Below, in pieces: positions 9,146 through 19,293 of a stretch of 34,931 nt of DNA; position 1 is the stretch's first letter; every line of letters starts with the position of its first letter. The translations under genes and the position numbers were made by a program. The notes beneath the pieces were generated by a model, which searched no databases, was not told the origin of the DNA, and was given only the letters and a program-made list of their open reading frames with translations. The DNA is taken from the sequence record SRR31156797_15603; one strand, written 5' to 3'.

Positions 9146-10114
9146 TTATTTCTTTAAAAGTTCACAAACCTCTTTTGCATGATAAGTGATGATCATATCA
9201 GCTCCAGCTCTTTTAAATCCAATCATAGTTTCCATCATCACTTTTTCATAATCAATTAGTCCAGCAGCCCCAGCGTGTTTGATCATAGCATATTCTCCAC
9301 TTACATTATATGCGCAAAGTGGTAGATTTGAAGAGTTTCTTATATCTCTAATCACATCCATAAAAGCAAGGGCTGGTTTTACCATAAGGATATCTGCTCC
9401 TTGTCTCTCATCTTCTAGTGACTCTTCAATAGCTTCAAGTCTGTTAGCTGGGTTCATTTGATACATCTTTCTATCCCCTTTACTTGGAGTAGATTCAGCT
9501 ACATCTCTAAATGGACCATAATAGCTACTTGCAAACTTTGTACTATAAGCCATAATAGGTAGGTTTTCAAATCCATTTTCATCTAAAGCGTCACGTAAAG
9601 CTTCAATAATCCCATCCATCATTCCACTTGGTGCGATCATATCTGCTCCTGCTTTTGCGTGGATGAGAGCTTGTTGCTGTGAGATCTCTAAAGTCGCATC
9701 ATTATCAACTGTTGAATTTTCATCTAAGATTCCACAGTGTCCATGGTCTGTATATTCACAAAAACAAAGATCAGTGACTATAAACATATCAGGAAACTTT
9801 TCTTTGATCGCTTTAATGGTTCTACTTATAATACTGTTTTCACAAAGACACTCACTTCCTATACTATCTTTTACATCCGGGATAGCAAAAAGAATAATAC
9901 TTTTTAAACCTATTGTTCTAATATATTCACACTCTTTTAAAATCTCATCAATTGACATTTGAAATACGCCAGGCATAGAAGCCACTTCATTTTTGATATT
10001 TTCCCCTTCTCTTACAAAAAGAGGATAGATAAGATCGTTTGGAGTAACATCTGTTTCTTGGACTAAATTTCTTAGAGTTTCATTAATTCGTAATCTTCTA
10101 AATCTTTTAAACAT
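9146..10114 (-). CDS. hemB: Porphobilinogen synthase (delta-aminolevulinic acid dehydratase)
   Basis: MFKRFRRLR start (ATG 10114), [14 protein letters not shown] Zn-binding motif, [19 protein letters not shown] and AYNVSGEY. Confidence 0.97.
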   Translation of the reverse strand: MFKRFRRLRINETLRNLVQETDVTPNDLIYPLFVREGENIKNEVASMPGVFQMSIDEILKECEYIRTIGLKSIILFAIPDVKDSIGSECLCENSIISRTIKAIKEKFPDMFIVTDLCFCEYTDHGHCGILDENSTVDNDATLEISQQQALIHAKAGADMIAPSGMMDGIIEALRDALDENGFENLPIMAYSTKFASSYYGPFRDVAESTPSKGDRKMYQMNPANRLEAIEESLEDERQGADILMVKPALAFMDVIRDIRNSSNLPLCAYNVSGEYAMIKHAGAAGLIDYEKVMMETMIGFKRAGADMIITYHAKEVCELLKK

Positions 10115-10186
10115 GGATATAAACCTTTTTCGATATAATATCCGACATTTTAACCAATAACTAATTACATTCAAGTAAAGGTATTC

Positions 10187-10765
10187 ATGGATATTGAAGT
10201 ATCAAAAGTAGCAAATCTTCCTACAAAACATGGTCAGTTTTTAATTCAATCTTTTAAAGAGGGTGTCAAAGAACACCTTGTTATCTTTTCAAAAAATTAT
10301 GCAGATGGGTTTAAACAAGATGATGTTGTTAATGTAAGAGTTCATAGTGAATGTCTTACAGGAGATGCCATAGGAAGTGTCAAGTGTGATTGTCAAGCGC
10401 AGTTAAACTATGCACTTGATTTTATCAATGATCATGGTGGTATGGTGATCTATCTTCGTCAAGAGGGAAGAAATATTGGACTTTTAAATAAGGTCAATGC
10501 CTATGCACTTCAAGATAGTGGCTTTGATACAGTAGAAGCAAACCATCAATTAGGTTTTGCAAGTGATCAAAGAACCTATGAGATCGTTGATTTTATCTTT
10601 GAAAAATATGGGATCAAAAAAATAAAGTTGATGACAAATAATCCTGCCAAGATCAAAAGTATTGGTGTTGAGATCGTAGATAGGATTGAAGTAAAAGTTG
10701 GAGAAACTACTTATAATAGTAACTATCTTAAAACAAAAAAAGAGAAGATGGAACATCTACTGTAA
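10187..10765 (+). CDS. ribA: GTP cyclohydrolase II
   Basis: [34 protein letters not shown] and LMTNNP motifs; TATAAT at 10134-10139 upstream. Confidence 0.97.
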   Translation: MDIEVSKVANLPTKHGQFLIQSFKEGVKEHLVIFSKNYADGFKQDDVVNVRVHSECLTGDAIGSVKCDCQAQLNYALDFINDHGGMVIYLRQEGRNIGLLNKVNAYALQDSGFDTVEANHQLGFASDQRTYEIVDFIFEKYGIKKIKLMTNNPAKIKSIGVEIVDRIEVKVGETTYNSNYLKTKKEKMEHLL

Positions 10766-11379
10766 TGGCACAGAGTGATTTACAATTACAAATAGAGAGT
10801 TTAAATTTAGAGTTTGATTCTTTCTTTTATGAAAGATGTGAAAAATTTAAAGCTTTATTAAAACAATGGGGAGCTATTCATAATCTAAGTGCCCAGCTTA
10901 AAGATGATCAGATAGAAAAAAACATTATAGATAGTATCTATCCACTAAAGTTTTTAAATAGTTTTGAAAGTTTGATCGATATAGGTACTGGAGCAGGATA
11001 CCCAGGGATGATATTAGCAATCGCTAGACCTGAAGTAAAGATTGCGCTTTGTGAACCAAAATCAAAGCGTGTGGCATTTTTAAACTTTGTGAAAAACACT
11101 TTAGAACTTGAAAATGTCGAAGTGGTACAAAATAGAGTGGAAAATCTTCCTCCAAAAGCATATGACATAATTACAAGTAGAGCAGTTACAAATACTTCAT
11201 TACTTATAAGTATGACAGGAAATTTAGTAGGAAATGAGACTGAATACCTTTTTTATAAAGGAAGTATGTGTGATGAAGAGATTAAAGAGCTTGAATTTGA
11301 TAATTATGAGATCGTAAAATATGGAGATACCCGACATTATCTCTATATAAAAAGAAAAGGATTATTTGATGATATTTAA
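10765..11379 (+). CDS. rsmG: 16S rRNA (guanine527-N7)-methyltransferase RsmG (GidB)
   Basis: HNL, IIDS, DIGTGAGYPG, KRVAFL, TSRAV and YKG motifs. Confidence 0.95.
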   Translation: MAQSDLQLQIESLNLEFDSFFYERCEKFKALLKQWGAIHNLSAQLKDDQIEKNIIDSIYPLKFLNSFESLIDIGTGAGYPGMILAIARPEVKIALCEPKSKRVAFLNFVKNTLELENVEVVQNRVENLPPKAYDIITSRAVTNTSLLISMTGNLVGNETEYLFYKGSMCDEEIKELEFDNYEIVKYGDTRHYLYIKRKGLFDDI

Positions 11380-11584
11380 AATACTAGCAATTATTGTTGT
11401 ACTAGTACTTGTGTATATGGTATTTTTTAAAAAAAATAGAGAACAAGATATTGCTAAAAAAGAGGATTTAGATCAAATAACAGATACGTTAATAGAGTGT
11501 CCATCATGTGGAACTTTCTTTTCTAAAGATGAGGGAGTTTTAAGTAATGGAAAGTATTATTGTTCTAAAGGGTGTTTAAAGTGA
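11369..11584 (+). CDS. Small membrane-anchored protein with CxxC...CSxxC metal-binding knuckle (PP0621/TRASH-like)
   Basis: N-terminal TM helix, then CPSCG...YYCSKGC. ATG 11369 follows AAGGA. Confidence 0.8.
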   Translation: MIFKILAIIVVLVLVYMVFFKKNREQDIAKKEDLDQITDTLIECPSCGTFFSKDEGVLSNGKYYCSKGCLK

Positions 11585-11955
11585 TATTAATTGGTGATGA
11601 GAATATACCATTTGAAAAACTAAATAAGATCACATCTATTGAGGATATCAAAACGACCGAGCCTAATAGTATAGTGATGTTTGAGTTTGATATCTCTTTT
11701 TTACAATATACAAAACAAAATGATATCCCAAGTGCTGTAGTTGTAAAAGATATTTTACAAACTATTTATAGCCATAATTTGACTGCTCAATATATTATCT
11801 GTACAAAAGAGTTAGCCTCTAAAGTACAAGATTTAGCTGATCATTATTTGTATGATAGCAAGATATTAGCTATTATCAAAGAGGCAAATGAGATAGAAGA
11901 ATTAGCACAAAAACATATTGATGGTGTGATCTATTCTAAAGTTTTGGAGCAGTAG
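11581..11955 (+). CDS. Conserved hypothetical protein
   Basis: GTG start overlaps the upstream TGA (GTGA coupling) with AAAGGG SD. Motifs A..YLYDSKIL and IDGVI. GTG 11572 is an alternative start. Confidence 0.75.
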   Translation: MILIGDENIPFEKLNKITSIEDIKTTEPNSIVMFEFDISFLQYTKQNDIPSAVVVKDILQTIYSHNLTAQYIICTKELASKVQDLADHYLYDSKILAIIKEANEIEELAQKHIDGVIYSKVLEQ

Positions 11956-12114
11956 ATGAAAGAGATACTAGATATCATAGTTTGGATAGGATTTGCTTTT
12001 TTACTTTTTGTTTTTTTAAGAGGCTTTAATGAACAACAAGTAAAAAAGCATAAAGATAAATTAGAAGAGATTGAAAAGAAAAAAGAAAATATAGAACAAA
12101 AGGAAGAGAAGTAG
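11956..12114 (+). CDS. Small single-pass membrane protein, 52 aa (not in ORF track)
   Basis: MKEILDIIVWIGFAFLLFVFLRGFNEQQVKKHKDKLEEIEKKKENIEQKEEK*. GGAG SD at 11946-11949. Fills the gap exactly between the upstream stop (11955) and the glyS start (12116). Confidence 0.75.
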   Translation: MKEILDIIVWIGFAFLLFVFLRGFNEQQVKKHKDKLEEIEKKKENIEQKEEK

Positions 12115-12115
12115 T

Positions 12116-14140
12116 ATGATAAAACCATTATTAGTTGAGATTGTAGTTGAAGAGTTACCAGCGATACCATTTTTAAAAGAGCTTCCAAATATAGAGAAAA
12201 AATGGGCTGATATTTTAGAAGCAAATGAATTATTATGTGAGTTTAATTTTTACTATACTCCAAGAAGATTAGTGTTTTGGCATCGTGAATTTAAAGTAGT
12301 TGGTGATGATAAAGAGACTGAACTTTGGGGAGCACCTATGGCGATTGCTTATAAAGATGGTGAACCAACTGGCGCAGCTCATGGCTTTGCTAAAAAATGT
12401 GGAGTAAGTTTAGAAGAACTTAGTACCAATGAGAGAAATGGGCAAGAGTTTTTATACTATAAAACGACTGTTAAAGGGAAAGAGTCAAAAGATCTTTTAA
12501 ACGATATGGTAAATGAGTTTATCTCAAAACTTCACTTCGGAAAATCTATGAGATGGGGATCTAGAGAAGATAGTTTTATTAGACCGATTCGTGGACTAAG
12601 TATTGTTCTAGGAGATGACTTAATAGAGGGTGAGCTATTTGGTGTGGTTTCTTCTAAAACAAGTTTTTCTCATAGAATGGTGAGTTATGAGCCATTTAGC
12701 TTTGATTTTGCAGGGGATTACTTTTGTAAAATAGATAAAAATGGAGTTATTTTATACCCTGAAGAGCGAAGAAAAATGATCTTAGAGCAGATGAAAGAGC
12801 TTGAAAAGAAAAATAATATCTCAATTGAGATTGATGAAGAGTTACTTGATGAGGTTGTAGCGATCACTGAGTATCCTACAGCATTGCTTGGAAAGTTTGA
12901 TGAAGAGTTTTTAGAACTTCCTGATGAAGTGATTATTGGATCTATGAAAGAGCACCAAAGATATTTTGCAGTATATGAAAATGGCAAAATTACTAATAAG
13001 TTTATTGTAGTTTCAAACTCTTATACTAAAGATTTTTCACAGATTATTGCAGGAAATGAAAAGGTTTTAAGACCAAGATTAGCTGATGGGATGTTCTTTT
13101 GGAAAAATGATATTAAAAATGGATTAAGCAATGAAGGTCTTAAAAAAGTAAGCTTTGTAGAAGGTCTAGGATCTATGTATGATAAGTGTGAAAGAGAAGC
13201 ATTTATTGCTAATTTGATCGCTGATCAATTTGCTATAGAAGAGGATAAGGAGCTTTTAACTCAAACAGTGATGTTAAGTAAAGCAGATCTTCTTACTGAT
13301 ATGGTATATGAGTTTACAGATCTTCAGGGTCTTATGGGATATTACTATGCTAAAAAGGCTGGATATGATGAACTACTATCAACAGCGTTAAAAGAGCAGT
13401 ATCTCCCAGATGGTGAGCAGAGTGATCTTCCATCAAATACTTTTAGCTGTATCGTAGCTATGGCTAATAAGCTTGATAACCTTATGGGGTTATTTAGTGT
13501 AGGAATGCTTCCAACAGGAAGTAGAGATCCATTTGCTCTAAGACGTGCTGCTGCTGGATTATTTAAGATCTGCCAAGAGCATAAACTTGATCTTGATATT
13601 GAAAAGATTATTGATAATTCTTTAGTAAAATATCCAAACTTGCAAAAAGAGCAACTTGTAGAGTTTTTAAATGAAAGATTGTATAAACTTTATAATGATG
13701 TAAATCCAAGTGTAATAAAAGCAGTACTTAATAGCTCAGGGAAAAAAGATCTTTACAGCATCACTTTAAAAATAGAAGCACTCTCTCCACTTGTAAAAAG
13801 TAGTGATTTTAAAAGTGTAAGTGAGACTTTTAAAAGGGTAGCAAATATAGTAAAAGATGTGGATCTAGATGCACAGATTCTTGTAGATACAGCTTTATTC
13901 GAAGAGGATGCTGAGAAAGTATTATTTAGCTCATTTAGTGAAGTGGAGAAAAAAGTATTTACAACTATTGATGAAGAGCTTGATGCGCTGTTTAGCTTAA
14001 AGCCACAGCTTGATAGTTTCTTTGATAATGTTTTTGTAAATCATGAAAATGAAGCGATTAAAAATAATAGAAAAAATCTTGTAGCTACAGTATATAATGC
14101 ATTTAAAAAAATTGCTGATATTAAAGAGATTACAATATAA
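12116..14140 (+). CDS. glyS: Glycine--tRNA ligase beta subunit
   Basis: LLVEI..EELP, TPRRL, KSMRWG, FIRP, HQRYF, GNEKVLRPRLADG, PTGSRDPFALRR motifs and a C-terminal DALR-like anticodon-binding domain. Confidence 0.97.
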   Translation: MIKPLLVEIVVEELPAIPFLKELPNIEKKWADILEANELLCEFNFYYTPRRLVFWHREFKVVGDDKETELWGAPMAIAYKDGEPTGAAHGFAKKCGVSLEELSTNERNGQEFLYYKTTVKGKESKDLLNDMVNEFISKLHFGKSMRWGSREDSFIRPIRGLSIVLGDDLIEGELFGVVSSKTSFSHRMVSYEPFSFDFAGDYFCKIDKNGVILYPEERRKMILEQMKELEKKNNISIEIDEELLDEVVAITEYPTALLGKFDEEFLELPDEVIIGSMKEHQRYFAVYENGKITNKFIVVSNSYTKDFSQIIAGNEKVLRPRLADGMFFWKNDIKNGLSNEGLKKVSFVEGLGSMYDKCEREAFIANLIADQFAIEEDKELLTQTVMLSKADLLTDMVYEFTDLQGLMGYYYAKKAGYDELLSTALKEQYLPDGEQSDLPSNTFSCIVAMANKLDNLMGLFSVGMLPTGSRDPFALRRAAAGLFKICQEHKLDLDIEKIIDNSLVKYPNLQKEQLVEFLNERLYKLYNDVNPSVIKAVLNSSGKKDLYSITLKIEALSPLVKSSDFKSVSETFKRVANIVKDVDLDAQILVDTALFEEDAEKVLFSSFSEVEKKVFTTIDEELDALFSLKPQLDSFFDNVFVNHENEAIKNNRKNLVATVYNAFKKIADIKEITI

Positions 14141-14145
14141 CTTCT

Positions 14146-15258
14146 ATGAAGAGATATGACTATATTATAGTTGGAGCAGGGGTTGCAGGCTGTAATATTG
14201 CATATGAACTTCAAAAACATACACAAAACATATTATTAATAGATAAAAATCCAGATGTAGCAGGTGGTGCATCTGGGGCTGCAGGGGCATTTCTCTCCCC
14301 TTTACTTGGTAAACCTAATAAGTTTAAAGACTTAGTAACACAATCTTTAAAATATGCTACTTCTTTTTATAAAGAGCTTTTTCCAAACTCTATAGATAAT
14401 TGTGGAACTACTAGAATCCCAAAAGATGTAAAAGATCAAGAAAAGTTTCAAAGTTATATCCCTTATATGGATTTTCCTTATAGTGAAGATGAAGATGGGT
14501 ATCATTTTGCTATAGGATCAGTGGTAGATAGTTATGGGATTTGTAAAGGTTTAGTACAAAATATTCAAACACAGTTTAATTATATGGTTGAAGAGATAGT
14601 ATATCAAGATGGACTGTGGGTGGTCAATCAAAACCTTTATACAAAAAAACTTATCTTAACCACAGGATATGAACTTGATCTTTTAGATGAGGAGTATTTT
14701 CAAATACGTCCAGTTTGGGGAAGAAGAATTGATGTAAAAACATCTACACAAGTGCCATATAATTATCATAAAAGCTGTTCTTTATCAAAATCCGATAATG
14801 GGCAAGTCTCAATTGGTGCAACGCATCATAGAGATAAAAAAGGGGTGAATGATATTTCTAGTAACCATCAAGAATTATTACAAAAAGTAAGTGAGATAAA
14901 ACCTCTAAAAGATATTGAGATCATTAAAGATCATATGGGAGCTAGGGCTAGTAGCTTTGATTATTTTCCAATGGTTGGAGCGGTGATAGATCTAAAGACT
15001 ACTTTAAAAGAGTTTCCATATCTTACACATGGTACCCATGTTGATCCAAAAAGATTTCATCTTTATAAAGATCTTTTTGTACTCAATGGAGTAGGGGGAC
15101 GGGGTTTTGTCCTTTCCCCTTATTTAGCAAAATTATTAGTAGAACATATAACACAAAACAAAGCTTTAGATGATACTCTTACAACACAAAGGCTCTTTTT
15201 ACGATATGTAAAAAAATTAACAAAGGATAGATTAGATGAAATTTTGGCAGATACTTAA
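14146..15258 (+). CDS. FAD-dependent oxidoreductase, similar to the MnmC oxidoreductase (cmnm5U) domain as a stand-alone protein
   Basis: IIVGAGVAG FAD motif, GASGAAGA, GATH, RA.S.D..P.VG and G.GGRG motifs. No methyltransferase domain. Confidence 0.75.
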   Translation: MKRYDYIIVGAGVAGCNIAYELQKHTQNILLIDKNPDVAGGASGAAGAFLSPLLGKPNKFKDLVTQSLKYATSFYKELFPNSIDNCGTTRIPKDVKDQEKFQSYIPYMDFPYSEDEDGYHFAIGSVVDSYGICKGLVQNIQTQFNYMVEEIVYQDGLWVVNQNLYTKKLILTTGYELDLLDEEYFQIRPVWGRRIDVKTSTQVPYNYHKSCSLSKSDNGQVSIGATHHRDKKGVNDISSNHQELLQKVSEIKPLKDIEIIKDHMGARASSFDYFPMVGAVIDLKTTLKEFPYLTHGTHVDPKRFHLYKDLFVLNGVGGRGFVLSPYLAKLLVEHITQNKALDDTLTTQRLFLRYVKKLTKDRLDEILADT

Positions 15259-15826
15259 ACTAGTCATTATTAGTGTAATAGCATTAGTAGGGATCACTTT
15301 TTTAACGGTTGAACCACCTCAGAAAATAGAAAAAAAAGTAATAGATATTCAAAACTTACCAAAAAGCGTAGAGCTTATTGGGTATGAAAATCAAGAGTTT
15401 GCAGCAAAGAGTGTGATTAAAAAGGGGAGTGTAATATTTGTTGGAAATTATCAATCGATCATTTTAGCAAATACTTTACATGAGATGTTAGCTTTACCTA
15501 CTGGGGATTTTGTGATCGTATCTAATATCTCAGATAGCCCTTGGTTTTTAAAAAGATGGCAAGCCCATACTAAAAACACAGAACTAAAAGGCTCAGATCA
15601 TCTTCCATGGATCTATGATAGAGATGGGAAAATAAGAAACTTTCTTCAAGTGCCCACATCAGATGGGGTAAAATATTTTATCTATAAAGTAGATAATAGT
15701 GGAATAATTACAAGAATCTATAATGGAAAGTTAGAAAACTTTGATCTAGAAAAAGAAGTTTCAAAAGAGAAAATGGAAGAGGTTTTAAAAGAAGCAGTTA
15801 GTATTATAAAAAATACTAACGTTTGA
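15236..15826 (+). CDS. Hypothetical membrane-anchored periplasmic protein, possibly thioredoxin-like fold without CxxC
   Basis: N-terminal hydrophobic anchor. SNISDSPW, PWIYDRDG and VDNSG.I patterns resemble redoxin-fold proteins. Overlaps the upstream gene by 23 bp, with AAGGA SD. Confidence 0.75.
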   Translation: MKFWQILKLVIISVIALVGITFLTVEPPQKIEKKVIDIQNLPKSVELIGYENQEFAAKSVIKKGSVIFVGNYQSIILANTLHEMLALPTGDFVIVSNISDSPWFLKRWQAHTKNTELKGSDHLPWIYDRDGKIRNFLQVPTSDGVKYFIYKVDNSGIITRIYNGKLENFDLEKEVSKEKMEEVLKEAVSIIKNTNV

Positions 15827-15844
15827 GCATCTTATTTATATTGA

Positions 15845-16666
15845 TTAGGCTTCAAGAAGTCTATCTTGCATAACCTCTATAGCTTTTTCAAGATGTCTTG
15901 TATCTAGACCATATGCTTTTGCTTTTTCTATACCAGCTTGTGCAAATGTATCAGCAACTGGATCAGTTACATTACAAATAGTTCTTACTACATCTAGGAT
16001 CTGTGCCTCTTTTTTATATTTATCAGGGCAGTTTGCTGCATCGTCTGCATATTTGATCATCTCAATAAGAGACTCACTTAAGTTCCAATGTGAGAAAATA
16101 GATGAAGTCACTTGTGGAGTTGTTACATTGAAATATTCTTTTTCAATTTCTGAAATTTCTAATGGTTTTGTTTTTACCTTTTGTAAAAACTCTTCTTTAA
16201 ATCCATCTTCTATAGCAAGACCAGATAAGATGAATCTACCAGTTTCTAGTAAAAATACAGGAAGTAAAAGTTCCTCTTTTAAATTGTTGTCAACTTTTTT
16301 AATCCACTCTTTTAAAAGATTTGATGAAGTGTTTGCTAATGCCATAAATTGATCAGCATTGATCCCATAGGCACCAAGGTCTGTATCAAGAGCATTTTTA
16401 ATCGCACTACCAAAAGCGATAGAAAGTGTGAAGTTTACTCCTAAAAGATGAATCGCTCGACTTGCTGTTTCAACCTTATTGTTAAATCCAAACATTGCAG
16501 AGTTTGATACTTTTAATAAAGTTGCAACAATCAATGGATCGTGCGAGATGATTCCCTCTAATACTTCTAGATCTTTTTGTGGAGATCTTTTGAATTCTTC
16601 TAGATCAATAATAGTTTTTGGTAATGGAGGTAATGAATCAATTTTTTTTGATAAAGCTTCAGTCAT
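15845..16666 (-). CDS. HDOD domain protein
   Basis: LPPLP, DPLIVATLLKVSNSAMFG, AIHLLG, E.EYF and W.L motifs. Confidence 0.92.
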   Translation of the reverse strand: MTEALSKKIDSLPPLPKTIIDLEEFKRSPQKDLEVLEGIISHDPLIVATLLKVSNSAMFGFNNKVETASRAIHLLGVNFTLSIAFGSAIKNALDTDLGAYGINADQFMALANTSSNLLKEWIKKVDNNLKEELLLPVFLLETGRFILSGLAIEDGFKEEFLQKVKTKPLEISEIEKEYFNVTTPQVTSSIFSHWNLSESLIEMIKYADDAANCPDKYKKEAQILDVVRTICNVTDPVADTFAQAGIEKAKAYGLDTRHLEKAIEVMQDRLLEA

Positions 16667-16701
16667 AGTTGTAATCCTATTTATAAGTTATTTGTAAAAC
16701 A

Positions 16702-16710
16702 ATTATAGCA
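16702..16710 (-). promoter_or_regulatory. Extended -10 promoter for the HDOD gene
   Basis: Minus strand reads TGCTATAAT, 35 nt upstream of the ATG. Confidence 0.6.
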
Positions 16711-16900
16711 CAATAAAAGTTTATAAAATTTTATATGCTACATAAAATTATGCTTTTTTTTTATATTTAGTTAAAATACACATTTTAACACCATTTATTT
16801 ATTAAGTTTCAACCTGCACTTAATAAGAAGTTTATAATTTTTTAGTGATTATATCCAAAGAAGATTAAAAATGGATAGAATAAATTAAATAGGAGAATCA

Positions 16901-17920
16901 ATGGAATACAGATATATAGGAAAAACAGGATTAAGAGTTACCCCAATTTGTTTAGGGACTATGAGTTTTGGGAGTTGGAGTAGTGAAAAAGATGCATTTG
17001 AAATTATGGATAAAAGTGTTGATAGAGGGATCAACTTTTTTGATACGGCTGAGCTTTATCCTGTGCCACCAAATGCAAAAGATGCTGGGATCACTGAAGA
17101 GATGATTGGGAAGTGGCTCAAAGGGAAAAAAAGAGAAAATCTTATCATCGCTTCAAAAGTAGCAGGAGCTGCAAACGGTTGGTTTGTTCCTCCTATTAGA
17201 AATGGGATGACGGCAATCGATAAATTTCATATAAAAACAGCTATTGAGGGGAGTCTTAAAAGACTTGGAACTGATTATCTTGATCTATATCAGATGCATT
17301 GGCCAGATACTGTAGTGCCTATTGAAGAGTCATTATTAGCTTTTGATGAGTTAGTTAAAGAGGGAAAAGTAAGATATATTGGGACTTCTAATGATAGTGC
17401 TTATGGTCTAACTAAGGCAAATGAGACTTCAAAAAGACTAGGAATATCTCGATTTGAATCTATTCAAAATAACTTTTCATTGAATAATCCAAGGTTTTTA
17501 GACGAACTTGGTGATGTGTGTAAAAAGGAAGATATCTCACTTTTACCATACTCTCCAATTGCAGGAGGAGTATTAAGTGGAAAATACAACAATGAGTTTT
17601 ATCCAGAAGTTTCAAGGTTTGGAGAATATCTTAAAAGAAATGATGCAAGATCAAAAGCTATGAGTCATAGATTTGTCAATGAAAAATCTTTAGCAACCAC
17701 TGCAAAATATGTGGAACTTGCAAAGGAGATGGGAATATCACCTGTAACTTTAGCAGTTGCCTATTCAAAACATTTTGATTTTGTAGCATCAACTATAATT
17801 GGTGCAAGGACAGCAGACCAGCTTGATGCTTCATTCGCAGCTTTTGATGTAAAACTAAGTGATGAAGTGATGAAAAAAATCGAAGCGATCCAAAGTGAGA
17901 TCATGTATCCAATGGGATAG
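16901..17920 (+). CDS. tas: Aldo/keto reductase, Tas-like
   Basis: LGTMSFG, GINFFDTAELYPVPP, SLKRLGTDYLDLYQMHWP and PYSPIAGGVLSGKY motifs; AGGAG SD. Confidence 0.9.
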   Translation: MEYRYIGKTGLRVTPICLGTMSFGSWSSEKDAFEIMDKSVDRGINFFDTAELYPVPPNAKDAGITEEMIGKWLKGKKRENLIIASKVAGAANGWFVPPIRNGMTAIDKFHIKTAIEGSLKRLGTDYLDLYQMHWPDTVVPIEESLLAFDELVKEGKVRYIGTSNDSAYGLTKANETSKRLGISRFESIQNNFSLNNPRFLDELGDVCKKEDISLLPYSPIAGGVLSGKYNNEFYPEVSRFGEYLKRNDARSKAMSHRFVNEKSLATTAKYVELAKEMGISPVTLAVAYSKHFDFVASTIIGARTADQLDASFAAFDVKLSDEVMKKIEAIQSEIMYPMG

Positions 17921-17937
17921 CTATAAAGCTATCTCAT
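17912..17937. terminator. Hairpin between convergent genes (possible bidirectional terminator)
   Basis: ATGGGATAGCT-ataa-AGCTATCTCAT, 11-bp stem with one G:T pair; no strong U tract. Confidence 0.4.
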
Positions 17938-17938
17938 C

Positions 17939-18574
17939 TTAGTTAATAAATTCTACAACCTCTTCAAAAGGAAGTCTCATTTGAGTTGACTGAGGATTGA
18001 TTCTATATCCAAAAGGTAATACTAAAGAGAGTTGATATTTCTTTGTGTTAAGTCCTAAAACTTTTTCCACATCCTCTTTATCAAATCCTTCAATTGGACA
18101 AGAGTCTATCCCTTTTATTGCAGCTGCTGTCATCATATTTCCTGCAGCAATATATGTTTGTCGTGCAGTCCAATAGTAGATATTTTCATCACTTTCAAGG
18201 GTACGTGTTTTTGTGAGATGGTTTTTATAAAGCTCATTATAAAAATCTTTTTTTTCTTGTGGCATTTCTCGTCTTGCAAATCTTTTTGCAGGAACTCCAC
18301 TCTCAGGTTTTAAATCTTCAATTGCTGCTAGAATCACAACTAAGTGAGAGCATGTAGTCACTTGTGGCTGATCCCAACAATGTGGTCTAATCTTTGCTTT
18401 AAGATCTTCATTTGTTATCACTAAAAATTTCCATCCCTCTTGTCCAAAAGAACTTGGTGATTTTCTTCCAACTTCTAAAATAAATTTCATATCTTCTTCA
18501 TTGATTTTTTTTGTATCATCAAATACTTTGCAAGCATGTCTAAAATCCATCGCTTCCATAAATGTTTTTTCCAT
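17939..18574 (-). CDS. NAD(P)H-dependent nitroreductase (NfsB/YdgI-like)
   Basis: RHACK.FD, SPSSFG..W.F, QPQV, GIDSCPIEGF and GYR motifs. Confidence 0.93.
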   Translation of the reverse strand: MEKTFMEAMDFRHACKVFDDTKKINEEDMKFILEVGRKSPSSFGQEGWKFLVITNEDLKAKIRPHCWDQPQVTTCSHLVVILAAIEDLKPESGVPAKRFARREMPQEKKDFYNELYKNHLTKTRTLESDENIYYWTARQTYIAAGNMMTAAAIKGIDSCPIEGFDKEDVEKVLGLNTKKYQLSLVLPFGYRINPQSTQMRLPFEEVVEFIN

Positions 18575-18593
18575 TTGTTACTCTCCTATTAGT

Positions 18594-19172
18594 TTATAAA
18601 AAATTCTTTTTTAATATCTCTTCTAGTCTTGCTAGCTCTTTTCCTAAATCCATATCACCTTTAAAGATATCATGTACTGAAAAAGTATCCATTGGTGTTA
18701 GACCTAAAAACTGAAATATTTTGTGTTGTGCAATATTTGCTTCATCTAATGATAAGCCATCAAAGTATCCATTTTTATTGTTAAACTCTGAAGTAGGACA
18801 GTTATATGTCAAAGATAGCATATATTTCCCACTGAGTAAACCACCGCTTCCATATGTTTTTGATGGATCATTTCTACTTCTTCCATCACTTGCGTAATGT
18901 ACATCTTGTGTTAAAACTTCATCAAAATATTTTTTAGTGATCCAAGGTACACCCATCCAATACACTGGATATTGTAAAATGATATAATCAGCATCTGCTA
19001 ATTTTTTTGATTCTACTTCTTTATCATAATCACTTTCTATTTTTGTATTTTCTACTTCAAATCCGTTTGTCTTTAGAAACTCATTTGCTCTTGTGATAAT
19101 AGCATCAGTAAGCTCACCTTTGGCAACCACATCATAATATTGATGTCCATTGAGTATTAAAACTTTTTTCAT
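18594..19172 (-). CDS. mdaB: NAD(P)H:quinone oxidoreductase, MdaB-like (flavodoxin-like fold)
   Basis: QYPVYWMGVPW..KKYFDEV, SDGRSR.DPSK.YGSGGLL.GKYMLSLT.N.P motifs. Confidence 0.88.
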   Translation of the reverse strand: MKKVLILNGHQYYDVVAKGELTDAIITRANEFLKTNGFEVENTKIESDYDKEVESKKLADADYIILQYPVYWMGVPWITKKYFDEVLTQDVHYASDGRSRNDPSKTYGSGGLLSGKYMLSLTYNCPTSEFNNKNGYFDGLSLDEANIAQHKIFQFLGLTPMDTFSVHDIFKGDMDLGKELARLEEILKKNFL

Positions 19173-19214
19173 TTGTTCCCCTTGTTTTGAGTAAGTTGTT
19201 TACAAGTATTTAAA

Positions 19215-19293
19215 ATTATATATATTGTGTACTTAAAGTAAACTTACTTTACTTTAGGTAAGTAATAGATATTTAATAGTGTTATGCTATAAT
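19215..19293. promoter_or_regulatory. Divergent promoters with a TACT-N7-AGTA operator
   Basis: Minus-strand TATAAT at 19220-19215; plus-strand TGCTATAAT at 19285-19293; palindrome TACTT-taggt-AAGTA at 19250-19264, with a weaker copy starting at 19230. Confidence 0.6.

Noticed and set aside
10115-10174. N-terminal extension of hemB in the ORF track (similar extensions at 410, 3497, 9083, 19279)
   Set aside because: Downstream ATGs give family-typical N-termini, most with good SD spacing; the extensions overlap promoters or neighbouring genes.
11931-12224. 97-aa minus-strand ORF
   Set aside because: Antisense to glyS and to the better-supported 52-aa plus-strand membrane protein.
16706-16752. 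Imperfect inverted repeats (TAGCA...TGCTA, ATAAAATTTTAT) in the HDOD-tas spacer
   Set aside because: Almost entirely A/T, so expected by chance; cannot be assigned as an operator from sequence alone.
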